Source of the DNA: Mobula hypostoma
Taxonomy: Eukaryota
Assembly (NCBI RefSeq): GCF_963921235.1
Contig: NC_086097.1
Coordinates: forward strand, 40,240,001-40,304,000
DNA: 64,000 nucleotides
Direction of reading: 5' to 3'
A program made the position numbers and the translations under genes. Positions 49,185-63,480 of the stretch are shown here, one piece after another; the stretch's first letter is position 1; each line of letters starts with the position of its first letter. Below the pieces are notes generated by a model, which was not told the origin of the DNA, did not search any database, and saw only the letters and a program-made list of their open reading frames with translations.

Positions 49185-50342
49185 TTCTGAATTTCAGTTC
49201 AGCATTCAACACTATTGTCCCATGGACCTTGGTGAACAACTCCTTGGTCTAAATACACCACTGTGCAATTGAGGGTTGGACTTCCTAACCAACAGACCTC
49301 AGATAGACAGTCCTCCCTCCTCCTCATCCTGAACATGGTTGCCCCTCTCCCCCCATGCCCCCCCTCGGACTGTGTGACTAGTCCACTGCTGTACACTCTG
49401 TTCATGCATGGCCAAACACACAAGCAATAATATTGTGAAGTTCGCCAATGACGTGGCTGTGGTGGGGCTCATCCCCAAAAGTGATGTGAAGAGGTGGAAG
49501 AGCTCAAGGCCTGGTGCCAGGCAAACAATCTCTTCCTCAATGTCAACAAGACAAGGGAGATGGTTATCAACTTACGGAAAACCTGAACCACTCATGTCAT
49601 ACACCATTTACATCAGTGACACAGCAGTGGAAACTACAAGCAGTTTCACCTCCTGGGAGTTCACATCTTCCACAATTTCTCATGGCCCCAGGACATATCC
49701 TTCACAGTCAAGAAAGATGATCAATGCCTCTATTTTCTAAGGAGGCTAAAGAGAGCTAGACTATGCACGTCAATACTCACAATCTTCTACAGACATGCAG
49801 TTGAGAGCATGCTAACAAACTGCATCATTGTGTGATATAGAAACTTCATTGCGGGATACAGAAGGACTCTACAATGGATAGTTAAAGCCTCCTAGTGCAT
49901 CAGCAGCACCAGCTATTTAGCATCAGGAACATACAGTATTTACTAAAAGATGCTGGGAAAGGGCCACCAACCCTGCTCAACAGTTTGCTCCACTCCTATC
50001 AGTTTAGAAGCTACACAATGTCACCAGATTCAAAAACAGTTACTTCTTCCAAGGCATCACACCTCCACCCACTAACCCACCCCTCCACCACTACCTTATC
50101 ATTTCCTGTCTGAGTCACCTTATGTACAAACATTCCTGTACCTAGCATCACTTTATGGACATGCAATCAATCTATGTACTGTATAGAAGCTATCTTATGT
50201 GTTTATATTCACTGTGCTTTTATTGTGTTCCTTATGCTTATTGTGCTTTTTTATGCTGCATCAGATCTGGAGTAACAATCATTTAATTCATCTTTGCACT
50301 TATGTACTGATAAATGACAAGAAACAAATATGAACCTTGAAT
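49185..50342 (+). mobile_element. Rex1/Babar RT and 3' end, degraded
   Basis: FSSAFNTIVP; LSPLLYTL; KFANDVAVVGLI. Confidence 0.88.
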
Positions 50343-51184
50343 GCACTTGAGAGAATTCACTCTATCTACACTTACGCAAGTTAACCGTTAGTTAATACTC
50401 TCAGTTTACTGTCTCAGTAATCGATGAACAGTGTTCAGACAAAAACAGAATTCTATACTTTAGAGTATGAAGTCTTGATCTGAGGTGATTCGAAATAATC
50501 TTCCATTGTCAATCGTGATATTATAACTGAGATACGAAAGTAATCTTCTCTTTCTTCTCAGAATCGAAGAAGACTTGCTTCCACACCTTTTTGTGGGTTT
50601 AGGGGCAGCCTGTGTGGGAAGTGCAGTCACTTCCCCTTCTTCAAGGGAGCCAGGTAATGTCCAGCCACGACATGGCTCAGAATAGAGTGTCAAGTTTGAG
50701 GGTCTGATATCGGGTGAGCGAACGACCTGATTAGCCCAATGTGTCTGTCTGTGAGTAACCGAGGCTTTAATGTGGGTAATGTTGGACTGGGAAAGAATCT
50801 CAACATTGCTTTACATATTGCTCATGCTCCAGATTTGCTGGGAGTATAATAATAGGACTCTGGACCCTGAGTTTAATGTCTCAAACCACAAACTAAATCC
50901 ATTCACTCATTTACATTCTCTGAGTCGATTGATCACAGAAACACAACATGTTCGTGTTTTGATGTCCATGTTGCTGGCTTCCAAGATACAGACTTCTCAA
51001 GTGGGAAGCAGTCTGGCACTGTAGAATTCATATGCTCATTCAAATTAGAGTTGGCTGAAAGTCCTCTGCAAGCCAGTGTCATTTTCTTCCTGCGATATCA
51101 TCTCCAGTCTATTCTGGTTAATAGCCATGCTGAATGCTCTAAAACTATTCCAATGCAATCTTTGATTAAAATGTTTGTACTTTT

Positions 51185-51485
51185 AGAATCTATAAAAACC
51201 TAGAATAGTACAGGCCAAAAACCATTTGGCCGCTTGTGCCCGAACCAGCTCTTTACTCAGCATACTCACTCAATAGGCCCTTACTGCCCAACGAACCCAC
51301 ACTGTTCAATTACAATGATGTAACCAGTTAGCTACTGACATTTATGTCTTTGCAATGTGAGAGGAAACTGGACCATCCAGAAGAAACCCACACGGTCGCG
51401 GTCACTGGGAGAATATACGAGCTCCCTAGTGGTTACGTTGAACCCAGCTCACTGGTGCATTAATAGTGTTACGCTATGCCGGCAC
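51185..51485 (-). mobile_element. Degraded V-SINE
   Basis: tgtgagaggaaactggaccatccagaagaaacccacacgg. Confidence 0.65.
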
Positions 51486-51494
51486 CCATCAAGA

Positions 51495-51815
51495 AAGATT
51501 AGTTTATCTGTCATATGTACATCGAAACATTGAAATACACAGTGAAATATGTTATTTGTGTCACTGACCAACAGAGTGCATGATGTGCTGGGGGCAGCCA
51601 ACACGTGTCACCATTCTTCTGGCGCCAACACAGCATGCCCACAACTTACTAACCTGTACATCTTTGGAAAGTGGGAAGAAACCAGATCACCCAGAGGAAA
51701 CCCACAGGGTCACAGGGAGAGCGTACAAACTGCTTACAGACAGCTGCGGAAATTGAGTACTGATCGCGGTACTGTAAAGCCTTATGCTAACTGCTATGCT
51801 TCCATGGTGTGCACC
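51495..51815 (-). mobile_element. V-SINE (same family as 540-832)
   Basis: agattagtttatctgtcatatgtac tail; gtgggaagaaaccagatcacccagaggaaacccac. Confidence 0.8.
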
Positions 51816-51856
51816 ATCTGGTCCAATAAGAGGGCAATCTAGTTAGTGTCCTTTCC

Positions 51857-52070
51857 ACAAACGCAAGAGATTTTGCAGATGCTGTAAATCCTGAGGAACA
51901 CATACAAAATGCTGGAGGAACTCAGCAAGTCAGGCAATACATATGGAAAGGAGTAAGCAGTTAATATTTCAGGCCGTGACTTTCATTAGGTCTCGGCCTG
52001 AAAGGTCAACTGTTTATTCCTCTCCATAGATGCTGTTTAACTTGTTGAGTTCCTCCGGCATTTTATGTGC
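51857..52070. mobile_element. Penelope-derived palindromic short element
   Basis: aaaatgctggaggaactcagcaag versus cttgttgagttcctccggcatttt. Confidence 0.8.
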
Positions 52071-53759
52071 AGTGCCCTCTCCTCTGTTATTTCTTCATAA
52101 CACATCTTCCCTTGTAGGTTGGAGATTTATTGCAAGCAGAAGCTGATGTGCTGATTGTATTAGCTGTCTTATCCTGCATTTCATTTCTGCAGGGGAATGA
52201 GCAAATGAAATAAAAAAAATCTATTTCCAATTCTTCCTTTAGCCATCAGATCATTTAATATTTTGACCTGTTTAATGATTTTCGTTATCATGCTCAAAAT
52301 ACGAACTAGCTAATTAAATGTTGCATCAGGCAAAATCCTACAGCATAATATTAAGACCTTGAACAAAATTAAAGGAAACCAAGCCTACAGAGTTGCAGAA
52401 AATCTGGTTTAATTTTATATGGAATCTCGATGATTCCTTCATTCCGAGGAAACCATTATATATTTAGTATTGCTGATTAAGGGCTATTAAGTGTTTTTAA
52501 ACAGTCCATCAATTCCTTCATTTTCTCAAATTACTGAAAATTATCATTTTATTCAGAATAAGATTTAATATTTGCCTTGCATTTTCTTCCCATAAATAAT
52601 GACTGGCATCAAAGAACACTCCCCAACCCCCCCTCCCCCGGGCATTTCTGAATAATTCCCTTTCACAAATCAAATCAACTTTGTTTGACCAATAGAGATA
52701 TGTAGATGTCAAATTAAAAGACAGGAAATAAATTTCACGGTAAAATTATTGCCAGTAAAACATATGATTATTCATGTAACTGATCATTTTCACCTATTTT
52801 AAAGACTGCATATCAGAAATTTAGATCTGGATACTTGATAAAAGATGTTCACCAAAATCTAGAAGGGTGAAACTTCTCTACTTGGCCCACAATTTATTTT
52901 CTTGTAAAATCTGTTGTTGCAATTGTTTTGGTATTGAATAACAATTTTTTTCAGAGTAATTTGGTACAAGGTTATTCAAAACGCAGTTGAAGCAAAACCT
53001 GTGGATTCACCTTCAGGAAACGGAATTATCAAATGACTTTCAATTGGTTAAGACTTAATCCCACTACTAGCAGTCTAAAGAAAAACTAAGTAAAATTCAG
53101 AAGAAATTTAAAGTTCCAAGGATTTGCGGCTCTGCTTAGCCAAACCAAATCAATTAGGTCTGCAATTTTTCTTAGCCTGATGTTAATGTAACTCTGGTTT
53201 TGTTCTCCTAGACCCTAACGTACCTTGCTTAATAAATTGGAGTACAAATGAGCAGTGTACCTTTGGCACTTGACACTCACCTTTATAATTGAGATGCCCA
53301 GTTCGTTGACCAGTTAAGTTCTTTTAATTACTTGTTGCTACAAATAAAAATAAATGTATTTTTCATGGTTACTGCATGGTTACTCTTTGGACACACTAAA
53401 TCAGAAGCTAAACAAACTAATTTTCTACTTGATCAATTGCCTGAAGCACTCACTCGACCATGAATACAATAATGGTAAAGATGGAAGAGGTTTTAGTTAG
53501 CTATGGGAAATGTGACAGAAATGGTATGTCTGATTGGCTGGAAACAGGGATTCAATTTATCAGCACCGCACACCTTGAACCCTGCTTAAGCAATGCCGGC
53601 AGAAAGGGGATCTGTGAACTGATTGCAGCTTATTGAGTGGTTGGCAGAGTGCACTCCACACTTCCTATTTGCAGTGGTCAATGGTTTCATCAGGAAACTA
53701 CACTGAGACAAAATAAAGGCTTTACAAATCCGGTTCAATATCTGCAGAACGTGAAGCAT

Positions 53760-55490
53760 AGAACAATCCAGCACAATAACATGTCGTTTGATCCACAATG
53801 GCTCTTTCGACTGTGATGCCAATTTAAACTAATCCCTGCCTGCACATGGTCTTATCCAACCACGTGCCTGTCTAATGTTGCTATTGTATTTGCTTCCACT
53901 ACTGCCCCTGGCAACACATCCCAGGCACCTACCACTCTCTATGTAAAATGATAACCTCCCAAATCTCCCTTGAACTTACCTCTTCTCACCTTAAATCTAT
54001 GCCATCTATTAGTTGACATCTCCACCCTGGGAAAAAGACTCTATCTGCCCTATCTGGTCCTATCATAATTTTATATGTTTGGATAGGTCAAAGTTCAAAG
54101 GAAATTTATTATCCTCCATATATAACCCTGAGATTCATTTTCTTTCAGGCATACTCAGTGAATCCAAGAACCATAATAAAATCAATGAATGACTGCATCC
54201 AACAAGATGGACAAACAAGCAATGTGCAAAAGACAAGCTCTGCAAATATAAAAGGAAAAAAGACATAATGATAATAATAATAAATAAATAAGCAATAATT
54301 ATAAAGAACATGAGAAGAAGAGTACATGAAAGTGAGTCCATTGGTTGTGGGAACAGTTCAGTGAAGGGTCAAATGAAGCTAAGTGAAGTTATCCCCTCTG
54401 CTTCAGGAGCCTGATGGTTGAAGGGTAATAACTGTTCTTGAACATGGTGGTGTGAGTCCTGAGGTTCCTGTACCTTCATCCTGATGCAGCAGTGGGAAGA
54501 GAGCATGATCTGGGTGGTGGCGGTCCCTGATGATGGATGCTGCTTTCCTGCGACAAAGCTTCATGTAGCTGTGCTCAGTGGTGGGGAGAGCTTTACCTGT
54601 GATAGACTGGGCCATAACAATTGTTTTTTGTAGGATTTTCCATTCAAGGGCATTGGTATTCCTATAGCAGGCTGTGATGTAACCAGACAATGTACTCTCC
54701 ACCACAGAAGTTTCTCAAAATTTAAGATGTCAGGCCAAATCTCGTAAGCTCCTAAGGAAGTGGAGGTTCTGCTGTGCTTTCTTCTTAATTGCACTGAGCA
54801 CAGGACAAGTCCTCTGAAATGATAACACCAAGGAATTTAAAGTTGCTGACCCTCTCCTCCACTGATTCCCCAATAACGATTGGCTCATAGACCTCCGGTT
54901 TCCTCATCCTGAAATCAATAATCAGCTCCTTGTTCTTGCTGACATTGAGAGAGAGGTTGTTGCTGCAGCACCACTCAACATATTTTCAATCTCCCTCTTA
55001 TATGCTGATTCTTCAGCATCTTTGATTTGGCCAGCGACAGTGGTGTGCTCAGCCAACTTAAATATGGCATTGGAGCTGTGCTCAGCCAGACTATCGAAAG
55101 TGTAAAGAGAGTAGAGCAGGGGGCGAAGCATTCAGCCTTGTAGTGCACCTATGCTGGTGAAGATTGTGGAGGAGATGTTGTTGCCAATCAGAACCTAATG
55201 GGATCCGCAAGTGTGGAAATTGAGGATCCAACTGCACAAAGATATATTGTGGCCAACGTCTTGACACTTGTTAATTAGTTTTGAGGGAAAGATCACTCAT
55301 GTCACTACTCAGCTTCCAACACTTGAAAATAAACAATACAAAGTTGAAATAAACTTTGCTTATACCCAAAACTCTCTAATCTAAACAATATCCTGGTGAA
55401 CCTCTTTTGTCCCCTTTCCAAACTTCCACATCCTTCTGATAATGCAGAAACCAGAACAGTACCTAAATGACACCTAACCAAATGTTCTAT
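53760..55490 (-). mobile_element. Old CR1 3' fragment split by a Rex1 insertion
   Basis: ccaggcacctaccactctctatgtaaaa; aatatcctggtgaacctcttttg; ccagaacagtac. Confidence 0.65.
54088..55290 (-). mobile_element. Rex1/Babar 3' half
   Basis: PLLYSLYTFD...FKLAEHTTV; VESTLSGYITACY; HHPDHALF. Confidence 0.88.
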
Positions 55491-56084
55491 AGTTTGTGCA
55501 TCTTCACTGCTGAATCAAGTTATATTGTCATTGGAACTGGCTTAGCAAACGAGCAAAATGCATGGGAATACCCACATTTTCAGTTCATCCAGTTAAGTGA
55601 ATTTTAATCTAATTTCTTCAAGCTTGGCTTAGTAACTGATAATAAGTACATTCACATATTCCTACCTTTTATATTTTTCATTCAGCATTTATTCCTTAAC
55701 TATCTTATAACGGCTATGGAAGAAGGATAGATTTAGTTTTTACATTTACTGAAAGCCTTTCACTAATGTAATCACCACACAGTGAGTTATATGATCAACT
55801 ATTAATAAAGTGGCAGAACACAGAGGAGATATGGCTTAATGTTTTTACAATTTGAAAATTGAAGCATCATCATAATCCCATGTCCTCACCTCAGTAAAGT
55901 CATATTATCACTGATCAGAATGAAATTGCCAATTTTCCACAAAACAGCAATGTGTAAGGTTAGACAATTCCTTATAACAAAACATAATTTTATACAATAA
56001 CAGTTTGTAATACTTATCTATATGCTTTTATGTGTAGGCAAGATGGGAGTAGAGAGTAGGGGCTGGAATTAGAAGAGATAGGGA

Positions 56085-58180
56085 TTCAAATTCAAGATCA
56101 AGGTCAAGTATATTGTCATTCAACTACATACATGCAGAATACCAAATGCAACAACATTCCTCCAGATCAAGGTGCACAGCGCTATACATACAACTCTCAT
56201 ACAACACATAACGTATATTACCACAAATAAATTAACTAATGATAAAATACTGTATACTCCAGAAGATTGACATGTAGCACAAGATGCATTTATGAAGCAG
56301 GTTAAGCAATAAGCAGAGTAACGCTACTGGCGCTTCATACCTAATGACACCTGGATGGCTGCAGGGAGTTCAGTAGTCTCACGGTCTGGGGGAAGAAATA
56401 GTTACCCAAGCTAACTCTCCTTGTCTTAATGCAATGGTATCTCCTGCATAGGCAGGGCTCCCTATAAACATCTCAGATGGGGGGGTATGAGAGACCCCAG
56501 TGAACCTCTCAGCAGTCCTTGCAATCCTTCGTTGGGTCTTGTGGTCTGCAATTCCCATTTCAGATGCTGATGCAGTTGTCAGGACACTTGATGGTGCTCT
56601 TGTAAAAATTGGTCAGAAAGGGGCGTGGGGGCCCTAGCTTGCTGCAATCTCCTCAGGAAGAGAAGACATCAGTGTGATTCCTTTACTGAAGAGGTAGTGT
56701 TGAGGGGCCAGGCTGTGCTTTCTAGACTAAAGGGTAGTGTGGAGGGACCAAGAGCGATCATCCATTATGTGCACTCCCAGAGACCTGGTGCTCCTAACTT
56801 TCTCCACGGAGGTGCCCTTTATGTGTATGGAGTAGTGCTCCGCCTGCATCTTCCTAAAGTCCACAGTCATCTCCTTAGTCTTGTCCACTTTGAGACTCAA
56901 GTTGTGCTCGCACCATTCTGCCAGCCATTCCACCTCCTCTGTACGCCGTCTCATCATCATTGTCAATGTGGCCAGCCGCTGTTGTGTCATCAGAGAACTT
57001 GATGATTCGGTTTGAACTGGATCTGGCAGTACAGTCATGCGTCAGCAGTGTGAACAGCAGCGGGCTGAGCACACAGCCCCTGCGGGGGTGGGGGGGGGGG
57101 AAACGCCAGCTCTCAGCGTATTGGAGCTAGAGATGTTGCTGCTAGCATGGACTGACAGTAGTCAGTCTTCAAGTAGTCCAAGATCCAGTTACACAGCGAG
57201 GTGCTGAGACCTAATGAGGGCAGTTCACCGACCAGCTTCTGAGGGATGATCATATTAAATGTCGACCTGGTCGATAAACAGCATCCTGACGTATAAGGTT
57301 CCATTTTCCAAGTGGGTCAGTATGGAGTGGAACGTAGAGGCAAAGGATCCAATGTCGCAGGAAGATGGGTTTTAATGAAATCTCTTACCAGCCGCTCAGA
57401 GCACTTCATTACTGTTAAGGTCAGAGTCACTGGGCAGTAGTCGTTAAAGCAGGTTACTGTCACACTCTTGGGCATCAGGCTGCCTTGAAGCCTATGGAAT
57501 CAGTGGTCTGCCCCAGAGAGATGTTGAAGATGTCTGGTGGAGACTCTGTTAACCTGGCTGCATGGTCCATCAGCACCTGAACAGTTATGTTACCAGGCCC
57601 TGCAGCTTTATAAGGGTTGACCCTGACTAGGGTCTTCCTCACATCAGCTGCAGCCAGACTGAGTGCCTGCTCCTTGGGTGGAGGAAGCCCTCCTCGTTGG
57701 CACCTCGTTCCATGTATCAGACCGTGGATAGAAAGCGTTCAGCCTATCAGGAGGAGCGACATCACTGTCATTGATGCGTGGGTGCACTTGCAGACTGTTT
57801 TGGTCTGAATGCCTCATGTTTCTGGTGTCACAGAAATAGATGTATACTTTTTGTCTTCCTGATGGCGCAGGAAAGCACTGCCCTTGCTGACTTAAGAGAC
57901 ATCTTACTCCCAGAACTGAAGGTAGCATCTTGATCTCTCATGGGTGCCCGGACCTATGCTGTTAACCACAGCTTCAGATTTGCCCTCAAGTGTTTACTAA
58001 CAATAACATACTCAATGCATTTCTCAATCTAGCCAGTCACAGATCTTGCATATTCCTCGATGTTAATGTAATGGTCATAGGAAGCCACCTCCTTGAATAT
58101 ATTCCATTTGAAAAACAGTCCTGTAATACTGAGATTTTTCCTTCGGGCCAGATCTTTATTTCCTTTTGAACTGCTTTGTC
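56085..58180 (-). mobile_element. Rex1/Babar element, degraded
   Basis: LSPLLFTLLTHDC...[19 protein letters not shown]; (tcaaga)-like tail at 56085-56108. Confidence 0.88.
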
Positions 58181-59689
58181 AGAGAATAATTATTCCTTGT
58201 CCAAGAATAATTTTCAAGGACTTCTTGGTTCAGTGCCTCTCGGGCAGTGAAGGATGAGAAAGTGGGTGGGTGGTGATTTGGTGCTGGGGTAGGGGGAGGA
58301 CTGCAAGGCTACATTAGTATGTAGCAATTTTTGTAGTGCAGCCTTAATAACATTAAGAATCCACCAAAGGAGGGCTTTTCAGATAATCTTGGGATTAATT
58401 CTAATCATAATAGCATAAATTTATTAATTTATCTATGTGATTTGACAACAGCATGATATATTATGGATATAAAGTTACCCGCTATCTAAACCACCTCAGG
58501 GATTTGTGTTTCTGGAGTTAGGAAGTTAATGGTTTTCCATGTGCATCAATCCTGTCCATGTTCTCACTTCCATTAACTGAATTAATCGGAGGTAGAAATT
58601 ATCCTGAGTCACTGGTGTTAAACAATTTCTGGCTTAAGGATTTTCATTTGCATGCATTGTTCTAGATTTCAATGGAACCAGTCACATCCTTCCATCATAT
58701 TTGCTTAAGGTGACAGAGTGTTCAGCTCATTTGCAGCTCTATAGATAATGAAAAAGTCCATGCACACATTTAGTCAGGAGGGGAGTACGATGGACAACCA
58801 ATATTCTTTTATCCGTTTTTTGACAGAAATCTAGGATGAATTTCTACCTCACGGAATTTTCTTTACATCATTGATTTAAGATGCAGTGTTGCCTTCCATA
58901 TTACTTGACAGGTTAGCTCAGTAAGTATAAAGAATATGATTTTATGGTTGCTACACAGCTTGAACAAATGTGATGTTTCGAAGTGTACAGAATTTCAACA
59001 TATTGTGCTCCATTGTACAGCTGAAGCATTAAATTCCTAATTACATTTCTAGATCTCCACAGCTTATTTTAAATTGTAAATTCATTAAAACTATGACTGT
59101 GGAATACAGGAGAAAAATGAAGCATATAATTAATATTTTAATTAAATTTTGATTTTTCTCCCAGAAAGAAACAAAAAGAAAAGATATTAAAATCACATCA
59201 AGATTAACAACATCGTACAGGATATCTTATTTCAAAAAGATGCACTTAAATTAAATTGAATAGGGAAAACTCTATAAGCTGGCTAGAGTCACCCTGCATG
59301 AAGAAAGAAGATTGTGCTTGTTAGAGGCTAGTTCAAAATCGTATCCATCTATCTTAAATCTTTAATGTTCCCCACTCCAGCAGAAAGGCAGAGTAGGGTT
59401 GTTTTCTTATCATTGTACAATGTTCAGTTGCACCTCAACTTCTACAATGATGAAATCCATTCCCACATGTGTCAACAAATGAATCATCTTCAGTCTTGGG
59501 TTGATAACTGGCAAATAATATTCTTGCTATCTCCAGCGAGAAAGAATTTCATTAACACACCTTGATATTCAATGCTCTTACCAACGTAGGATCACACGTA
59601 AGGAAAATTCTGAAGTTAACCAGGCAGAGATAAGCAGTATTACTGGAAAAAACGAGTAAGAGGACAGGTAAGTGATGGTAATAAGAACT

Positions 59690-60050
59690 GGAATGTTATA
59701 TCATTGTTAGACTGCACCTGAAATGCTGTGTGACACACTGTAAGAAGGATGTGATTGCGCTGGAGAGGGTGCAGATGTGATTCACCATGATGTTGCCTGG
59801 ATAGGAGCATTTCGGTTGTAAGGAGAGATTAACTGGGAGTCATTTACCCTGGTGTGCAGGAGGTTGACCTGATAAAGGCATACAGAACTATGGTGCGGAC
59901 AGAGAGATTAGATAGCAAAACTACTTTTCTTGAAGTAGTGGTGTCTTGAACAGGAGGCTGTAGATTTAAAGTTATGAGGCTAAGGGTGAATTTGAGGGGA
60001 ATATCTTCGCACAGAGGGTGGCTGGATTCTGCAACACTTTTTCAGTGTTG
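59690..60050 (+). mobile_element. Very old CR1 3' remnant
   Basis: gttagactgcacctgaaatgctgtgtg; ttcgcacagagggtgg. Confidence 0.65.
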
Positions 60051-60999
60051 GGTACAATCAAACAGACTCTATATTATCCTGTGATGCTGTGATTACCTCT
60101 TCAACTGCCTCTTCTGATCACTGCCTTCAATGTTCTTTTTTAATTATTGTCCCTGTCATTTCCCGACCAGACCTTAAACTCCATATCAGAATCCTAAACA
60201 AGCATCATTCTGATCCAACACATTTTCATTGTGTTGAAGGTTTACTTGTCTCAGCCTCGCACCTTCTCCTGGTTCCTGCCCTTCATTTCCATCACCCATT
60301 CCAAGCAGTCCCTCTTTGATCATCTTTCCTTTCCCTGGAATGGTGGTGGGCCAAAAGATGAAGCTTTTGAGTCAATAAACTTACCGAGGACTCCTTAAAG
60401 TTGAACAGAGCTTGCCACTCTCATACTAAAAGGCATTCATGGCTCAACATTGTGGATGGCTCAGATCGAGCCAAACGGCTGCTCCCTAATTCCAGTATAA
60501 AGACCTGGGTCTAGACAAACAAGTACACATTATCTGAAAAAAAAATTTAAAAGAAGAATGGAATGAGCACAGCAATAAAAATACTGCAGAGGTGTTACAA
60601 AATGCGGACCTGCAGTTAAGCATGGTTAAATTGATCTGGAGACATTGTTCTTCAATAATTTCCCACTTCTGTACCAAAGGCAATGCAAATGACAGCTCTA
60701 GTAGTTGAAGCTGATAGGGTAAATCAGTACTCTCTTCACAGCTGCTGATGAGAATCCCAGCATGTTCTTCTTCATTTCAGTTGGAATTCTATTTTTTCAT
60801 TTACCTATTAATGATATTTTGTAAACTTTCTAAAATTTTACTAATTTAATACGTGATAATAGGGAACAAAAGAAAAATAATTGAATATTATTAATGAAAT
60901 AAGTCTTATGAAATTTCATATTCATGGGACAAATGATATTAAATATTTTGATCTACTGTTCTGTGATGGCAGAGATGCTGGAGCTGGTATGGGAGAGAG

Positions 61000-61500
61000 C
61001 TGGAGCCTGTACCGGGTTGGGGGCTGGACCCTTCGATCGATGCTGCCCTCTAGTGTTTGCTCTTAGGAAAGCAATTTGGATTGAATTAAATCTGCAGCTG
61101 ACCCAGTGCAAGATAAGGAACTGTTCTGTACTTGTTCTTGCAGAAATGTGGCTCCAGGACAATATCCCATGCACCATCAGTCTACAGGCCATGACACTCA
61201 GGGACTTGGGTTATATTATTTTTATGAGTGACTGCATGTTTTTCTGCTATTGTAATTATGTATGCTCTATGTGCTGTGTGACTGTTAGTACTGTGTTCGG
61301 TACCTTGTCCCGAGAGGAATACTGTTTTGTTGGCTGTATTCATGTGTATGGTTAAATACCCTCGTATACAACCATATGAAACAGGCTTCCTCTGGGGCTA
61401 AGATGCAAAGCACAGTACCAACAGTCATTTACAGCACAAGGCACATATAACACACTAAGATAGCAGTAAACATACAGTCACACAAAAATATATGATAAGA
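61000..61500. mobile_element. Rex1-derived non-autonomous fragments
   Basis: IRNCSVLVLAEMWLQDNIP (endonuclease N-terminus) fused to a T/G-rich 3' UTR, followed by an opposite-orientation 3' UTR. Confidence 0.55.
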
Positions 61501-61802
61501 GTTCTGTATTGGGTGAGGCGCGTGAAGACGACTTTCAGATTTAGGATTTATATTCCAAATCAGCTCTTACTGTGGTGTCAAAACTTTCCATTATCTACAA
61601 ATCTTCCACTGGGCCTAACCAATGAAATTATCAAATTATTTTTAATTCTAACAAAACACCAGTCTTCCTTCAAAATTATTACAGGAAACATGGGCTGAGA
61701 ACAGGTGCTGGACTGAAAGCAAGGGGACTGTGTATCTGAACAGAAGCATAAGATAAGCATAAATGTATATTCCGTGCAGCAGAATTTAAATATTAAAAGA
61801 TG

Positions 61803-62118
61803 AAAGATTAGATGTATTTGTCACATTTACATCAAAGCATCAAAACTACAATAAAATGCACTGTTAGTGTCAATGACCAACACAGTGCTGGGGGCAGCCC
61901 TCAAATGTCGCTACACTTCTGGTGCCAACATAACATGCCCACAATTTACCAAGCCCAGCTCATTCATTAGGAATGTGGAAGGAAACGGGAGTGTCTGGAG
62001 GAAACCTACGTTGTCACCTGTAGAATGTACAACTCATTAGAGAGCAGCAGGAATGGATCTTCGATCTCACAGCTGTACGCTGTAAAGTGTTATGCTAACC
62101 ACTTCACTATTGTGCCAT
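61803..62118 (-). mobile_element. V-SINE
   Basis: Same tail and V-domain as 51495-51815. Confidence 0.8.
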
Positions 62119-62654
62119 CTCCCAAGTTTAACCCAGAAGGGGACTATTAATTCAATCATGATTCTTTGATTATGGAGTTGTAAAGGATTTGGGAAGGTAA
62201 AATTTTCTATCTAACTTGCTTTGAGTGGGGGGGGGGGGGGTAAATATAAATAAATAATAATTTCTCTTTAAGTAACACTTTATTTAAACATCTAAAACCC
62301 TTTCAGATCCAAGTAAGAGGGACTATTTTCGCATAGAATCCCTAGGGAAACTTTGTGCCAGTCACAGCCCAATAAAAATTTTATTCAGCACCTGCTGGGC
62401 ACATCCACAGTAAATCGAGTTGACTTTCATGCATCACATGCAAATTCCTTCACTCGCATTATACAGACAGGCACCAAGCTAGTACTAGTACACATGAGAT
62501 AACCAGTCTGTAAAGAATGACACAGGCTGGTTGGCATTTTGCAGCAAAACATTGATGTACATTTTCAAGATATAAATATTTGCCTACTAATTGCAGTGGG
62601 ATCATCACAGGCAAACTTAACTCTCCTGCAAACTTTAGCCTAAGCACTCAGGAT

Positions 62655-62885
62655 CAAGACAACACACACAAAATGCTGGAGGAACTCAACAGGCCAAGCA
62701 GCATCTATGGAAAAGAGTTTCAGGCTGAGATCCTTCATACAGTAGGTGACTCCAACAGACTTGCAGGTAAAGTGTCCCATCACCTGGAAGGACTGTTTGG
62801 GGCCCTGAATGATAGTGAGGGAGGAGGTGTAGGGGCAGGTGTGGCACTTGTTCTGCTTGCAAGGATAAGTACCAGGCAGATATTT
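62655..62885 (-). mobile_element. Penelope fragment
   Basis: GTYPCKQNKCHTCPYTSSLTIIQGPKQSFQV. Confidence 0.85.
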
Positions 62886-62959
62886 ATGTACCCTCCTGGT
62901 CATAAGTCATAAATACTCAGGATCAGGATCAGGGTCTATAGAAGTGAGGCAAAGTGTGG

Positions 62960-63480
62960 TAAGATCATGGACCCTATACAGATACAGAGCAAGAGGTATT
63001 TGAGGTCTTGAGGCAAATTAAGTTGGAGAAATCTCCAGAGCCTGGCAAGGACCCTGAAGGAGGCTAATGCAGAAATTGCAGGGGCCCTAGCAGTGATATT
63101 TAAAACATCCTTAGCTACAAGTGACATGCCAGAGGATTGAAGGATAGCTAATGTTGTTCTATTGTTTAAGAACGGCTCTAAGAATAAAGGCCTGGTGAGC
63201 CTGACAACAGTAGTGGGAAAGTTATTGGAAGTTTTTCAAAGGGGTCAGATATATGAGTATTTGGATAGACAGGGACTGATTAGGGATAGTGGTACGTCCT
63301 CTCTAACTAATCTTGTAGATCTTTTTCAAGGAAGTTGTCAGGAAAGTTGATGAAGGGCAGGCAATGGATGTTATCTATACGGACTTTAGCTAGGCCTTTG
63401 ATAAGGTCCTGCATGCGAGCTTGCTCAAGAAGGTTCAGTTGCTTGACATTCAAGATGAGGTAGTAAATTGGATTAGACAT
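62960..63480 (+). mobile_element. CR1 RT fragment
   Basis: PED*RIANVV; VSLTTVVGKLLE; DFS*AFDKV. Confidence 0.85.
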
